Shown: positions 25,761 to 39,683, counted from the first letter of the whole stretch. The stretch: 55,751 nt of DNA, filler included, from Sluysia triapertura (GCA_046118255.1; 4 parts of 4 records of this genome joined end to end with filler, not necessarily neighbours in it), one strand, 5' to 3'. Numbers and translations: made by a program. The notes: a model not told the origin generated them from the sequence alone.

Positions 25761-28480
25761 TTTTTATTGTGAATAAGTTTATATTATTGCTAGATTTACT
25801 TATGACATGAAATTGACTATAAAAAGGCTTTTTACACAGTTGTTCAATAATCACTTTCAGAACAAAATATAACAAAGTTTCCTTCATCATGATAGTTAAA
25901 CTAACTAGATTGTCCAAGAGTACAGTCAGAGATACTGTTACGTGCCTGCAGTTCACTAGGCGGGTCATGTCTAGAGCGATACATAGGCCCAGTCGAACGA
26001 TCCTGATTATTGGTTTCCGGATTCTGCCTAGGATCGACCTAGTGATCAGTTTCTTTAAGAAAAAGCCTAATGTACAATCTTTTGTACGATAAACATTATA
26101 AAAATTACAAGAACTAAAAGGGCAGAATAGTTATGATAAAAGAGCGATTTTGTAATGGAAATTGTCATTAGAAGGTAAGTTTCCGTAAAAATGGGTAAAC
26201 ATTGCCTTAAAGACTGTGCAGCAGTTTTGATACATATATTCAAAACATAAAAAGATAAATGATAAAGATTTTGTATGATTAACTTGGTCAAGTTTTAAAT
26301 ATAATGAAATATAATATTACTGTTAGAATATAAAATTCAAACTTAACGTCTTTAATTACTATAAAATTTATTCCAACACACTCATTCAACTCTTGGAGTG
26401 ACTGAACTATATCGTTAACTGCATCTTCAATATCCTTGCCTTTAGCATCACGATAGAATAGCACCTCGCGCTTTCTATAAGGATCTACCACTTTGTGTTA
26501 GCACTCTACTAACTTCCACAAATTCTTCCATACTAAAATTACGATTGTTGTGAGATATAGAACTAATACTGGCGTAATCTCGCTTACGGTGAGACAATAT
26601 CATCACGCCCATAATATCTGGTCGATTTTTATCTATATCCGACACACTATATGTATTTGTAATTGATAATCAAAAGCCCGAAAAGCACCGTCCGAGTCCT
26701 TAGCTGCATCCTGCACCTCGTCTTCATTCAAATTTAATTTATAGACCCGGTATACATTGTTCGAAGTTTCAACAGCACGAGGTCTCATCTCGTGCATTAA
26801 GCCATATGCTGCATTTAACTTGATTGTTTAGTATAAAGTCGAGGAATTTCTTGAGAACAATATTAAGACAAATTTTCATAACTGTTAATATATTTAAAAG
26901 TTCTAAATCTTGCAATTGTGCAAGAAGCTAAAGACTTGTCATTTTGAAAATCTTTTTTAAGCTTGTTTTTAAAAATTCTTCAGATTAAAACAAAAAGTAA
27001 AAAATATAAAAAGTATTAAAATATCTTTTTTATCACATAATTTAATATTATCTACTGTTTACAATTATTTGGTGCATTTTGTGGTTAACTTAATGAAAAA
27101 CATCATGTTCTTATATTATTTTATTACTACAATTATAACCTTAAACATGCAATAGCAATATTTGCTTCTTCAAATAGATTTTTTTAACTGTCAAGTTAAT
27201 TGTTGCCACATGTTGGACACCGAGTATTTCCTGATTTAACACTGACACATCACCTTTATTCAAATGCATATACATTTCTAAATTAGTGTCTACCAATACT
27301 GTATCAAAAGTTTTATACCAAATTATGCCGTTTTCTTAGATAAATGGTTTGTCATGGAAATAAGGATATTTGAAACAAAACTACAAAATATACCGTGAAG
27401 TATACCAGTTAACAATTTCATTTTTAAGTAGAAATAACAGTGAAGTTTTAAATTTGATCATTTTCAAATGCTAATAGTAAATATTATTATTATTGAAATT
27501 TTGTCAATATGCTTAGTATAACATCAATAAAAATACAAAATACTAAACCATAACATAAAACTAATTTCACAATTAACTTGAACTTAAAATGAATATAATC
27601 AAACGTATCATAGTTCAGGTTTGTCGCAAATTAACAATACGAGTTTACAAATAATAGAGTTCTAAGTAATTTGTAGACAGAATTCATCCCTGATACAATA
27701 GTTTTATCCACAGGACAATGAAAAATAGTATGATATTGTTCGCGACTAACATTTATTCAGTATTTGGGAAATTTGAATAAATTAAGTGTCTGTTTGATCT
27801 GATCGTGATTATAAAATACAGTAATAAAGTCAGAAAAATATAGGATTGTAATAAAAAATAGATAAATGTAAAATTTTTCATAATGAATTCAAAACAATAG
27901 GTGAGTATGTTGATCGAATGTGTCGTGGATTAGCATTAAAATAAATGATCATTAGCAGATATAGATTAAAAATATACAATTAGAAGCTTTGATTAAGGCC
28001 GACACCGTAAAAACAAAACCAAAAACCAAACAAAAACATCCCGCTACCATTGTGGAATGCTTAATAACTTGGTTTTCCGTCCGAAGTAGTTTTATACGAT
28101 TTAAAATTATAAAATTACAGAATTATATAGAATTATAATATTTAAAAATATAAAAAATAAAATTGTAAAAGGGTACGATTTATAATCTTATAAATTGCAA
28201 AAAACATGAAAATGAAAATGAGACACCAAAAAAAAGTGTTGCGTCATATTGACGACCGGATGACAGAGTGTATTATATTTAATGTTCTCTTTTAAACAAT
28301 TAATAAAACAAATTTTATTAGGCATCTGTGATTTTATAATATTGAAGGGACAATGAATAATGTAATGTTACGAGTGATATAGTCAAGACATGTTACAATG
28401 TATTTTTTATGATGAGGTTCGTGTGTTATTGGTTATATAATTTATGTGATGAACGTAGTCGTCGGCTGAACCACCTCACC

Positions 28481-29519
28481 TTTCTAAAGATATTAAGCCT
28501 GGATGATAATAAAAATCGATGTTATTGTTAAAATAGGTATTTAATTTTACGTTTTTCATGTTGACTCCTTTTTTAGCTTGTATTGTTTTTTCCGACAAAT
28601 AAATTCCTTGGTAGTTTGTTTCAGTTATTTCTTTACCACAACGAATTATTGTTCCTTTTGAGATAAATATCAAGCAATCTTCCTCTCTATTCGCCATTAA
28701 TATTGTTGATGTTTCTATTTCATCCAACCTTTTACCCAGTATATTATCAATATTTTCTCTACTTAACTGATTTTTGTTTATTTCTTCTATTGGATATTCA
28801 TCTTTATCTTGATATATGAATTAAATTATATTTTATTTTCTAAAATTTGCTAAAATACTAAATTAAATTTTATTTGCTTTAAAAATATTAATGGACATTG
28901 AAATTTGTCCAACTCATAAATTAATGTTGATTCTCCTGTTTCATAACCTTTACAGTATAATTATTGTTCCTTTCTCCAAGTCAAAACTTTCGTAAACTGA
29001 CTTTAAACTCACGAAATATGTTCTACAGCATTGTGGTAAATTTTCCTTTCATAATCTATTGTTCTTTATTCGCAAGTTCAATATATACATTGCGGTTCTA
29101 ATGTTATAAATTATTTCCTATTTTTAATTTATCTCCTTTATTTAAACTTATATATCCTGTTTCAAACATATCTCAGCACTATTTTGGTAGGATTTTAAAT
29201 GCTTGAGAACATTTGACAATTCTATTATTGAGGAGTGTCTGAGATGGTCACAATATCAAATTGCTATTGATCGTTTTACCATGCATTCTCTTATTAATAT
29301 TGTTACTAAATTTCTCTCTTGATAAACATTCATTACTTTAGTATCTTTCTCTTGGATTAGATTTGGCCTTGACTCAGTGAAATCTTCTGTATCCAATAAA
29401 GAGAATTTTCTACCTATTTGAGGTTGACTGCAGTCGAATACCTTTGTTGCATTAGTCCTATTTACACCGTACATAACTAACAGTATTATAATAACATATT
29501 GTTTGTTGAGTTTCCTATT
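28481..29519 (-). pseudogene. N-terminal half of chuvirus-G/gB-like (class III) envelope glycoprotein
   Basis: Signal-like YVIIILLVMYG, then VFDCSQPQ..FSLLD...ECMVKRSIAI*YCDHLRHSSII, later RCGKEITETNY...LNTYFNNNIDFYYH. Motif order matches chuvirus-like G as I recall it. Confidence 0.72.
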
Positions 29520-29559
29520 GAACTCAACTGTATTACTGTTACTGTATTACTTTATTGCC

Positions 29560-31170
29560 GTTATTACCGAATAGGTGTGTAATTCGATTAGTCGGCTCTT
29601 CTGTTTTTTTATTTTATTTTCCTTTTATTATGTTTCTCCAACCTTAATTTTCTTGTTAACAAAATCTATAACTTTATCTATTTTGTTTTTTGTTATCATT
29701 CTCTCTTTATCGCATTGATAAATAATATACGCTAAGATTATTTTAAATTTTCTTTACTATTCCTTTACTAATTTGCTTATTTATTATCAACTTATATTAT
29801 CCAGTGTCTAGAAATTCACTAACATCTTTATCTACGTTTTTCTTCAAACTGTCTTACTAACTTATTTATAAAAACTCTGTAGCCCTTTTTATTTCTGGTA
29901 ATAACTTCTTATCATTATTAAAATTAGTGAACCCATCAGACAACAACGCATAAATTACTCCTTTAGTATCTAATTCAATTTTTTCATAATCATTCTCACA
30001 ATCTATTTTAGACAAATCAATAGTATTTCTAACAAGTATTTCTAACATTACATCATTCTCATTCTTCTTGAACAGTCAGGCCTTCTTTTTATTGTATTTT
30101 TTCCTTTGTCAACAGTTATTGCGATTTACTATATAATGAGGTTCTTCAGTAATTTTACCATTAATTCCCATTTCGTCATTAATAGCAACTCCAGTATTAT
30201 TTTCAATTATTTGTACGTCATCATCCGTTAATTTTATCAAAAAAGAATGTGTGGAATCATTAACTTTTCTATCTATTTCTTCTTTAACTTCAGCATTTTG
30301 GGATTTTCATATATAATAACGGGTAACCGTAATCAGTTAAAAATCCTCTAGGTTCTAAATATCTATTATAAAAATATAATTTTACATCTACTATTGTCGG
30401 ATCATTTAACTTAATTAAATCTATTATATCTTCTATTACTATAGTTACTGGTAATTATTAATTCAGCAATTAATATATTAGTTTTCATTAAAGTTTTAGG
30501 TTGTTCTGTGTTGTCAGTTAAACATATTTTTTCTTAACAGCTACCTTGCTTTAAACTATATGGGCTATCTTCCCGACTTAAATAAAGTAAACTTGGTCTA
30601 ATACTTTGTCTATTAAACATAATTAAATTTTATTTAAATATTATATATACATTTTCGTCAATATTTTTACCATATGTTAACTCTGAGAGAAATGTATCTA
30701 CATCTTCATATAATTTTGGTTCTTCAACCAAAATAACTATTGGATCAGAATCTGAAGGTGTATCATTAGTAGACTCCTCTTGATCAAATAAACTGATTAT
30801 TTCGTCTTCTTCTAGATCAGATAAACACTTAACTTCTTCTCTAATTGATAATATTGATTCCTTATCTTCATCTTCTTCCTCATCTATCACACCATTATCT
30901 TTTTTCCATCTTTTTATGATTGATTCTTCATATGTTATTTCTTCTTCGAGTTCTTGAGCACTTTTAACTAATTTAGGTTTTCGCTGCTCTTCTGCTAATT
31001 GTGCTTCATTTTTATCTTCATTTTCTTTTTCTTTTAAGAGCTGCATAAATAATTATGTATATAATTAATAAACATATCCTCTTCGTCATCATGTTTTCTT
31101 CCCAAGTAATTTCTTTCTTCCTTACTCTCGACATTATCCATCTTTATTCTGCGAAATTCTCGTAATATCT
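29560..31170 (-). pseudogene. Decayed acidic/charged ORF between LTR and env of the Gypsy element
   Basis: ORF-track pieces 30630-31046 and 29866-30048, same strand and composition as env/pol. No Gag zinc knuckle seen. Confidence 0.5.
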
Positions 31171-31193
31171 CCTTGTTGGGATTGTCAAGTTAG

Positions 31194-31432
31194 TGTATAG
31201 AATTTGAAATATATAAGAAAAATGACATAGAATATCTGAAATATGATAATATATACGTAATTAAATATTTCTAGAGCAAGAATAATAAACAGTAAAATGT
31301 TTATCATCATTTTGTAACCGAAGAATACCTTGGAGTTCCAAAGACGTTTTTAGGGTATTGAGACCCTCTGAAGACTTAAGTAAGGTTTGGAAAGATGTCT
31401 TGAAGAGTAAAGTTATCTTTGAACTTCGGAAC
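31194..31432 (-). mobile_element. Partial LTR (family A) upstream of acidic ORF-env-pol
   Basis: GAATACCTTGGAGTTCCAAAGAC matches 40566-40588; flank TGTTGGGATTGTC matches TGTTGGAATTGCC beside the 40.5-kb copy. Confidence 0.6.
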
Positions 31433-31506
31433 TGTTAGACTTCGTAAAATGGACTGACCGGGGATCGAACCCGGGACCATCGTCTGCGCAGTCCGACTGC
31501 TCTACC
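31433..31506 (-). mobile_element. Second copy of tRNA-containing unit, cut by gap, abutting a Gypsy-type LTR
   Basis: Two substitutions versus 14329-14402; one restores the D stem (GAGC). Confidence 0.85.
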
Positions 31507-32426
31507 NNNNNNNNNNNNNNNNNNNNNNNNNNNNNNNNNNNNNNNNNNNNTTAATTAATTAANNNNNNNNNNNNNNNNNNNNNNNNNNNNNNNNNNNNNN
31601 NNNNNNAATCCAACGGCTGGCCCTCGCTGGTAAGTCCAGTACGTTGGTGAACTCACGATATCTTAAATCAACTTTTATTCTATCACTTCTTTAACTTATA
31701 TTTCTCTCACAAAAGTTTACAAATAGTTTATTAGTTTAATATGATAAATCTAGTATCATTCAGTTTAATTTATTTTGCTACCAGTTATTGAATATAAAAT
31801 ATAATTCACACGGATTTAATAACATTTCAGTTAGAATAGTCAAAACAATATTATCATTCTATTACTAACTTCCACTACTTAATTCTTCTGACGTCTCAAA
31901 ATCTATGCGCTGGCCCTTTAGTGATAACCCGCACAAATATATACATCTTACAAAAAAGCTAAAAGTAGCAAATTTCCACTTATTTAAGATATAAGTAAAG
32001 CAAAATTAAAGTAAAAACGAATATTCCACTTATTTTAACAATACATAATATAACTAGCAATATTTCACATTTATGATTAATCCTAATTATATTTATGAAT
32101 AACCTTATAAACAACCTAATTAATTGAATTTGAAATTGAATTATTATATTAACTAAAATTTAATAGGAAAATGTAATTTCAAATAAGATTATCTCTAATT
32201 GTACAATAATACCCACCATTAGACAGATTATTGCACAAGATATGATAAATAATTTATGAAAGTTATTTGATAGTCAAAATAAATATTATTATTTACGAAG
32301 TTCGATTAAAATAATCAAGTCTGTATTTATTATTATTTTTTAAATATTTAGTAACTAAATTAATAAATATAAAATTAAACTATTTGTATCAAAATATTTA
32401 AACAAGATGGTATTATCTTTTTATTA

Positions 32427-32595
32427 CAGTGGAATCCGCTTAATCGGACCAGCCGCTTATTTGGACCACTTTTAAAAGTCCCGAATCCAATCCACTATAT
32501 TATTAGATAAAAGTATTGTTTGTTTAATGGGACCAGCCGCTTAATCGGACCAAAAAATTGTGTCCAGATGTGGTCCGATTAAGCGGATTCCACTG
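32427..32595. mobile_element. pogo/Tigger-like (Tc1/mariner) MITE, 169 bp
   Basis: TA on both sides; perfect 25-bp TIR CAGTGGAATCCGCTTAATCGGACCA; internal repeats of CCGCTTAATCGGACCA. Confidence 0.93.
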
Positions 32596-33084
32596 TATTT
32601 CAATAAATAAATAAATTAAATATCAAAATTATAAATATCAAATATTAAATATCACAATTAAATTAATTGTTATTTGACTTTACCAATTGAAATTGTTAAT
32701 TTGACACTGCCAGTTGATCACGTTGACCACACCAACAAATGCAAGAGTAGAATTCAAAATCAGGACAATAATTTACAAATGTTTACATTATGGAAAGTCC
32801 TGAATAACACTTAGAAATAATAAAGAATATCATTGAGGCAATCTACACAAAATCCACAGTGATAATAAGCTAGGTAATAGGTCTGCAAGTGTTCTGCCTT
32901 AAAAAGAACCTACTTAGCAAAATTGTCAACGTCTGGAGGAGGGTTCGGCTAATTAGAGACGGTTTATGTCACCAGCTGACGACGGTCCAATTAGACTTAT
33001 TAATAATGTAAAGAAATTAACTGTAAGAGATAGTCTCACGTAAAAATCAACTGGTAGCAATATTTAGTAGGATAGTTTAATTTT

Positions 33085-33600
33085 TTATCTGCAAGTTAAT
33101 ACAGCCTTTTTACGGTCTGTCAAATATTCAAATATTTTAAAGGTTAAATCATCCTTTTTACGGTCTGATTGTAATCAACAGATGATTTTAATAAAAACGA
33201 AAGAACTCTCAAATAAGAGTATATTAATTACAACTTATACAAATATAAAATTATATTAATTGCAACTTATACACACACTATAATAAAGATAGGATTTTAA
33301 ATCTTAAGGTTTCCCTTAGACTGAAATGATTTTAATTAAAAGGTTAAGTCAGCCTTTTTACGGTCTTACAATACTTAAAAAATATTTTGAGTGCATTTTA
33401 TGGATCCTATTATTTAAAATTAGGATAAAAGAAACCTATATAAAAACAATTACTTTTGCATGGATATTTAGTCTGAATATCTTCTCTGGATCCAACTTCA
33501 GGTTTTGTGTTATAAATTGTCTTGTGTTCTCAACTATTTTCCTCTTGTCCTTTGTGCCAAAAATGTTTACTATTTATACTAAATTTACTTACCTCCATTT
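33085..33600 (-). repeat. Internal leader of family A element with three CCTTTTTACGGTCT motifs
   Basis: 33300-33590 aligns with 40100-40410 (TTAAGTCAGCCTTTTT(A/G)CGGTCT). Confidence 0.6.
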
Positions 33601-34519
33601 TGTTTCACAATTTAATAATTTACTTCATTAAAACAAAATATTTCCTAGTTCTATTTATAATGTAATATTTAATAATTTTAATAAGTATATTAATAATTTT
33701 TTGATCAATAATATAATATTAATAACAAAAATAAAACATCATATTTGATAATAAAATACTTAAAATCAAAAATAAACATATTAATGTCTGATAAAATAAA
33801 ATATTAATGTCTAATAAAATAATTTTGCAAATTATAATAATGTCGATTAATTTTCAGTGCTCGTCACATTAGTATTATTTATTACCACCACCCAACAGGT
33901 CATATACCGTTTATATTTCAAAAATATACAACAACCACCTACCAGAAAATATGAAATTATTGAAAGAGTATGAAATATTTAAGAAAAATGCAAATTTTTT
34001 TATGTTTTAGAAATATTATAATGAATGATTTATCTTAAGTGCTTTGAGTATATATGAGCGCAATACAAATTAATATATTATTATTATGAAATTATAACAA
34101 TAATGATTACAGTAATTATAAAAATTACAAAAATTATAAAATTATAATGATTATAAAAATTAATAAATAAAGTTGAATAAAAAATTCATTACATACTAAC
34201 ATAATGGCATTAACACTACCATTATCACCATCATCACCATCATATACAGTATTATTAAGAAAAAGTATATACCAAAATCAATTTATAAATATGTTTCAGT
34301 TTATGTGTATATTAAATGTAAATATATTGAATGTATTATATATTAAAAAATATATTAAATGTAAATTATGTGCATTTGAGCACCATTTTTATCGTTATAT
34401 TAATCGAATACAAAATGTAGATTATTTTATATAAATATAAAGAAAATTATTCGTTAAATTAAACGATTATGTCAACTGCTGATATTGACGTTTCTACTTG
34501 TGAAGATGAAACTGTTTTG

Positions 34520-34696
34520 AGAGGTCTTGTATAGGTCTTTGGAACCTTAAGATATTCTTTAGCTGTTAAGATCATTATAAATGTTTTCTTTTTCGTGATT
34601 CTTATTTCAATCCATCACTTTGTATCAGTTCTTCCTTGATTTTATAGTTCTATATGTTTCTTACTCATCTCCTGTTCTACAGTTGGGCGATCTCAA
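34520..34696 (+). repeat. 3' part of family A LTR plus PBS-like site
   Basis: GGTCTTTGGAACCTTAAGATATTCTTTAGCTGTTAAGAT matches other copies; ends TACA-GTTGGGCG. Confidence 0.7.
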
Positions 34697-36648
34697 TAAT
34701 TTATTTATGTTATTATTTAATTATTACCTACTTGTAATAGTGAGTAGATAATAATTACATTTATTGTAAAGCTTCTGATTTAAATAATCAACGAGTTTAG
34801 GAAACTGAGCATAAATAAATTAACCACAAAAAAGCAATTGGACAATCGGTCATACTTTTATTCCATTTCAATTCTTTGAATACTTGAAATAAAAAAATTA
34901 TAAAATATTAAAACATTAAATATTTAGAATTAACAAATAAATAAGTAGTTTGACTACTTGATTAAAGCCAAAATCACATGTCTTACTGTTCATTATCGTT
35001 TCAAAATGTAACTTTAATGGAGAACAACTCAAATATTGTTTCTTTAAAACAGTCATGAGAATAGTTTGCTTTTATTGTAATTGTGACATTGTTGTAGCTC
35101 AAATAAATAATGTATCACTGAAATCGTCAAAATTGAAGTTTACTACAAACACGAAGATCACGTCATATTAGTCTCTTAAGGAGGTTACGTGGATTTTTGT
35201 TTATTGTAGGTTTATCTTATTACTAATTTTATCTTTTCTTTATAAGTCAGACTGTGCAGCTGGTAATAAGCTAATATTCTACAGAAATATTGATGGATTA
35301 TTACTGTTAAATGCTATAAAAGAACCTTCTGTTAATTATTTAGTTATTACCAGTGGTATTGGCAAAGGTAAAAATGCGCAATCTGTTGGTGTTATGCTAT
35401 TTCTTGTGTTGAGTATCTGAAACATTTGTTATAAACGAAACAATGAGGAATGGAGAAACAATTTTGATATGGATACAAATTAAAAAGATATGATTTTATT
35501 GATTTTAATGATTTTAATGTTTTGTGTTTTGTTTTTAACGTTTAAATATATGCTTCATCATCCTTTATTATTTGTCGAAAATACTTTACATGTAAACTAT
35601 TTATACCTAAAATAAATTTATCATTTTATATGTAAAGTTTTTTATTATTTGTCGAAAATATAAGATGGTAGATGGTGAAAATCTACATAGCTACTAGAAA
35701 TTTACCATATGGAAAGGCACTGATACAATTCAAATCTGAAATTGTGAATGAAAATTCTCCGGATTACGAAACTAGTACGATTGACAATAATGCAGTGGCA
35801 ACTTGTTCAACTGATGGCCAACACTATACTGATACACGCAAAGAGCGATTGTGCAGGTATTCTAGTAAAATTAAAGAAATCGTCGTCGGGTAAAAAGACT
35901 ACAAATAGAATTAAGAAACATTTGTATGAACAATGTGATTATCCTAGTATAATTTTTAATTTGTTTTTGAATTTATATATGTTATATTTTCGTTTTTCTA
36001 AGTCAATTTATCTAACTAATTTTACAAAGCTGTATTTGCATGGCATTAAGCAGGCACCTAATTTATAATTTATAATTGAGATAGGTTATAAATACTAAGA
36101 ATGTAAATACTAAGGAGTTAAAGTTACAAAATGTAAGACAGATACCATAAAGTATAAATAACTTAATTAAAAGATTTAAAATAAAGACTTTAAAATATTT
36201 GAAGATAAAGAGATCACTTAAACGTTCACTAATAACTAAATTTATTAGATATTTAATGATAAAAGAGTTAGGAGCAGAAAAATTAGAATTAACATTTATT
36301 AATAAGATTATTATTAGATCTAAAGTTACAATTAAAAAAACCCGTTAGCATCTCTCAAAATGAGTTTAGTGAAATAATTGATTGGTATAAAAATATAACC
36401 GAGTTAATTTAATAGTGATCACTGTTTGTCATTAAATACACATGCTTCGCGAATATTTAAAACCATATTAACCATCAATATTTGAATTATTGTTATTATC
36501 GTTTAAGTATCTTTCTGAGTTTCTTAACCATTATCTTGAAATTTGAAAATATTTTATTTTCTTTAATAAAAATGATAAATTTTCTTTTAATTGATGTACC
36601 AAATAATATTTATTCATTATCATTATTAATACAAAGGTTTTTCTTTAA

Positions 36649-36876
36649 CCCCTTCTCGGTTTATTTATTTTTCAAGTGTATGGTCGAAAACTGGCTATTT
36701 TTTTATTAACAAAAAACAAAAATAGTGTATAAAGATATTTCCGACGTCGTTTTATAAATATTACGAAGATTACACTTATTTTTCGTTTGATTGTTTTGGT
36801 GCCGCATATACACGGCATTTTATGCTCTGGACAGTTTTAGTTATGCCGTAAATATACGGCATAAACCGGGAAGGGG
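36649..36876. mobile_element. piggyBac-type MITE, 228 bp
   Basis: TTAA both sides; 16-bp TIR CCCCTTC(T/C)CGGTTTAT; two internal TGCCG...CGGCA palindromes. Confidence 0.88.
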
Positions 36877-38008
36877 TTAAAAGTAAATTCTAACACGCAA
36901 AATAATCTAGCGATAGACAACTTTGTAGAATTTTATTAACACTAATTACAATGAAATTAAACTTGAAAAATTACTGATTCTAAGAATAATTACTTAAAAT
37001 AGCTTTTTTGTAATCTTTCTTTTGATTCCTTGTAATACTTGGGTTCTGTATGAGTTCAGTTAGTTCAAAAACGTATTTTTATATAACTTATGCGAGTGAC
37101 TACTTAACGGTTTTTCTTAATTCTAGTTCGTTATTCGTATAAATTGATTATTGTATCAACTTTTTATAACTATTATATTAATCAAAAACGATTCGTTTTG
37201 TTTTATTATTATGTACAAAAAAGAACTAAATAAGGTCTTTATTTATACAAAACACAAAAGAGTTAAAAATATGATAATAAAGTATACAAACAATTGACAA
37301 TATCAAGAAAAAATATTTATGTAATGTAAATTTATAGAAAATTTTAGTGGTAGATAATTGTTATAATAATTTTAGTGTATTTTGGACCTTGCTTAATCAA
37401 GAATAAACTTAACAAATATAAACTTAGGATTTGTACACAACAAAATGAAATATGCTTTATCCTCTTTCCGGGTGAACTGTTCACAGATGAATCATACATA
37501 AAAAAATGCTGATAATTGGAGGGCAGTTCTACGACGATTTTACCAATGCGGTCGGATCACGAATAGAGAGTCTAGGATGAGTCTTTGTTTGATTACACTT
37601 ATAGTCGATGTCGTTGCCGGATTTATCTTATAAGTTTATAGTTCGATAAATTATTCGGTAAAAATTTGGTTTCAGTTCTAATTACTTGAGTCTACTTATA
37701 CTATTTATTTTTCAACATGGGTGCTACGCTCTAAATATCAGTTTTATTTTCTGGCAATTAATACGAAATGGACGTTAAGCCCTAAATATTATTACACTTG
37801 TAATTCATTATTCGTAAATTTATTATAAGGGTTATTTTGTAATTATTGTCAATACTATTTATTGTTATTACTTTGTTATTATTATTATTGTTGCTGTTGT
37901 TATTATCATTATAAATAAATCCTTGACATTATAAACATAACAATAGATGTAAGAATTCCAATGGAGTCGACTTACCGCAACATATTTAAAGAATATTTTC
38001 ACATTTAG

Positions 38009-38723
38009 GTTACTACAAAATGGTTTGGTGGTTCTGTTACCGCATGGATATGATGGTGCTGGTCCTGAACATTCATCTAGTCGAATAGAAAGGTTTTTGC
38101 AACTAACTGATTCTTTAGAAACCCAACCTGATAGTGACAAAGTCAATATGTCCATAGTCAATCCAACAACACCTGCTCAGTATTTTCATGTACTCAGGCG
38201 TCAAGTTATTCGACCGTTTCGTAAACCACTTATTGTGATCACTCCTAAACTCCATATTCGTTCCACACAAGCAATTAGTTGTCTAGATGATATGGCACCT
38301 AATAAACATTTCCAACACATCATAGCAGATGCACCAGTATCAGGTGATCCTGCAACTGTTTCGCATGTACTTTTATGTTCTGGAAAACATTATTACACTT
38401 TGAAACAACACCTTTTGGAGATGAACGAAAACGATAGTAAAAAATTTTCATTGATTCGAGTAGAACAGTTGGTACCTTTTCCAGTAACTGAATTATATCA
38501 AGAACTGCAGAAATATAAACGAAATAATCGCATTATAAGATGGTGTCAAGAAGAACCAAGAAATATGGGAGCTTGGAACTTTGTAGAAACACGAGCTAGA
38601 AATATTCTTGGTATAAATTTAGAATATGCAGGTCGTCGAGAATTGGCCACACCAGCAGTTGGAATTGGTGAACTATATAAACAAGAAGTATCAGATATCA
38701 TAAAATCAGCTTTTAGAATTTAA
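38009..38723 (+). CDS. DHTKD1: Terminal exon of 2-oxoadipate dehydrogenase E1 (DHTKD1, OGDH family)
   Basis: Acceptor catttag at 38002-38008. (W)LLQNGLVVLLPHGYDGAGPEHSSSRIERFLQ, NPTTPAQYFHVLRRQ, SGKHYY, WCQEEPRNMGAW, PAVGIG. GAGPEH, SGKHYY and PAVG favour DHTKD1 over OGDH. Confidence 0.88.
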
Positions 38724-39683
38724 ATTAAATTGTTTAATATTTATTTTGTAGTTTTATTAATTATTATACTTAAATATTTAATATATGAATTATTTAAAGT
38801 GTATTTTAATATTTTAAATTCTCGTTTGAACACGTTTTTAGTTTCTCGATGTAATTACATGCGCATTAACCCTAAACCAATTATTGCAGCTACAAAATTA
38901 TCAATACATGCATAATTTGCTTCACATATTTAAGGGATTCCTAAGAATTATTTTAACAATAATTTTTATGAAGCAAGTTATAATACCACTTCTTTTCTGA
39001 AATTTGTTTTTCTTTATTGAAACGGTGCGGTAATTTATTCTTTTATGCCAACTGAAAAGCAAGTCTTAAAATACCTATAAACTTTCGATATCTTTAAAAA
39101 ATGTGGTAAACGCAATTTCAAAATCTTGACTAGAATCTAAATTGATATTAGAGTTTAACCGCCATACCTTATGCTGGTATTTTATGTTCTCTAAAAACGT
39201 ATATCCTAACAAATATAAGTTTTAATTAATGGGTTCGCTTGAAGTCAACGATTTAAATGCGTGGAAGACGTTGCTTCAAGATTTTTCTGTTATAAAAAGA
39301 AATTCTTATGCATGTAAAGTATTTTAATTGTCTGAATTCCTCTTATGCTACGAATGCGAAGGTATGCTTAATACTGACAAAGTTGTAATAATTAAATTTA
39401 CACTACACAAAAACTATCTTCAACAAACTATCCTCCTTAAATCAAAATGTTTTATCTTAATAATTGGATTATTAAAACATTAAAGAAAAATAACTTTAGA
39501 AAACTTTATTAATGATATAAAAACAAAAATGTGATACATTAGGTACAATCGACAGATTTTAAAAGTATAGTTTAACCCAGGAGTAATTCTGGGGCGTGAA
39601 AATGTAAAAATAATTTAAATAGATTTTGAAACTTATTCAAAAAAACTTACGCGGACATTAAATTTGATCAATTTTCAATTAGA

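Noticed and set aside
25760-28483. Insertion in env as a spliceosomal intron (AG|GTGAGG...AAAAG|)
   Set aside because: Acceptor lacks a pyrimidine tract and splicing does not restore the frame.
37868-38161. Antisense ORF and other short AT-rich ORFs (e.g. 16713, 33326, 34204, 36482, 47467, 50446)
   Set aside because: Shadow of DHTKD1 or low-complexity I/L/F/K/N frames expected by chance.
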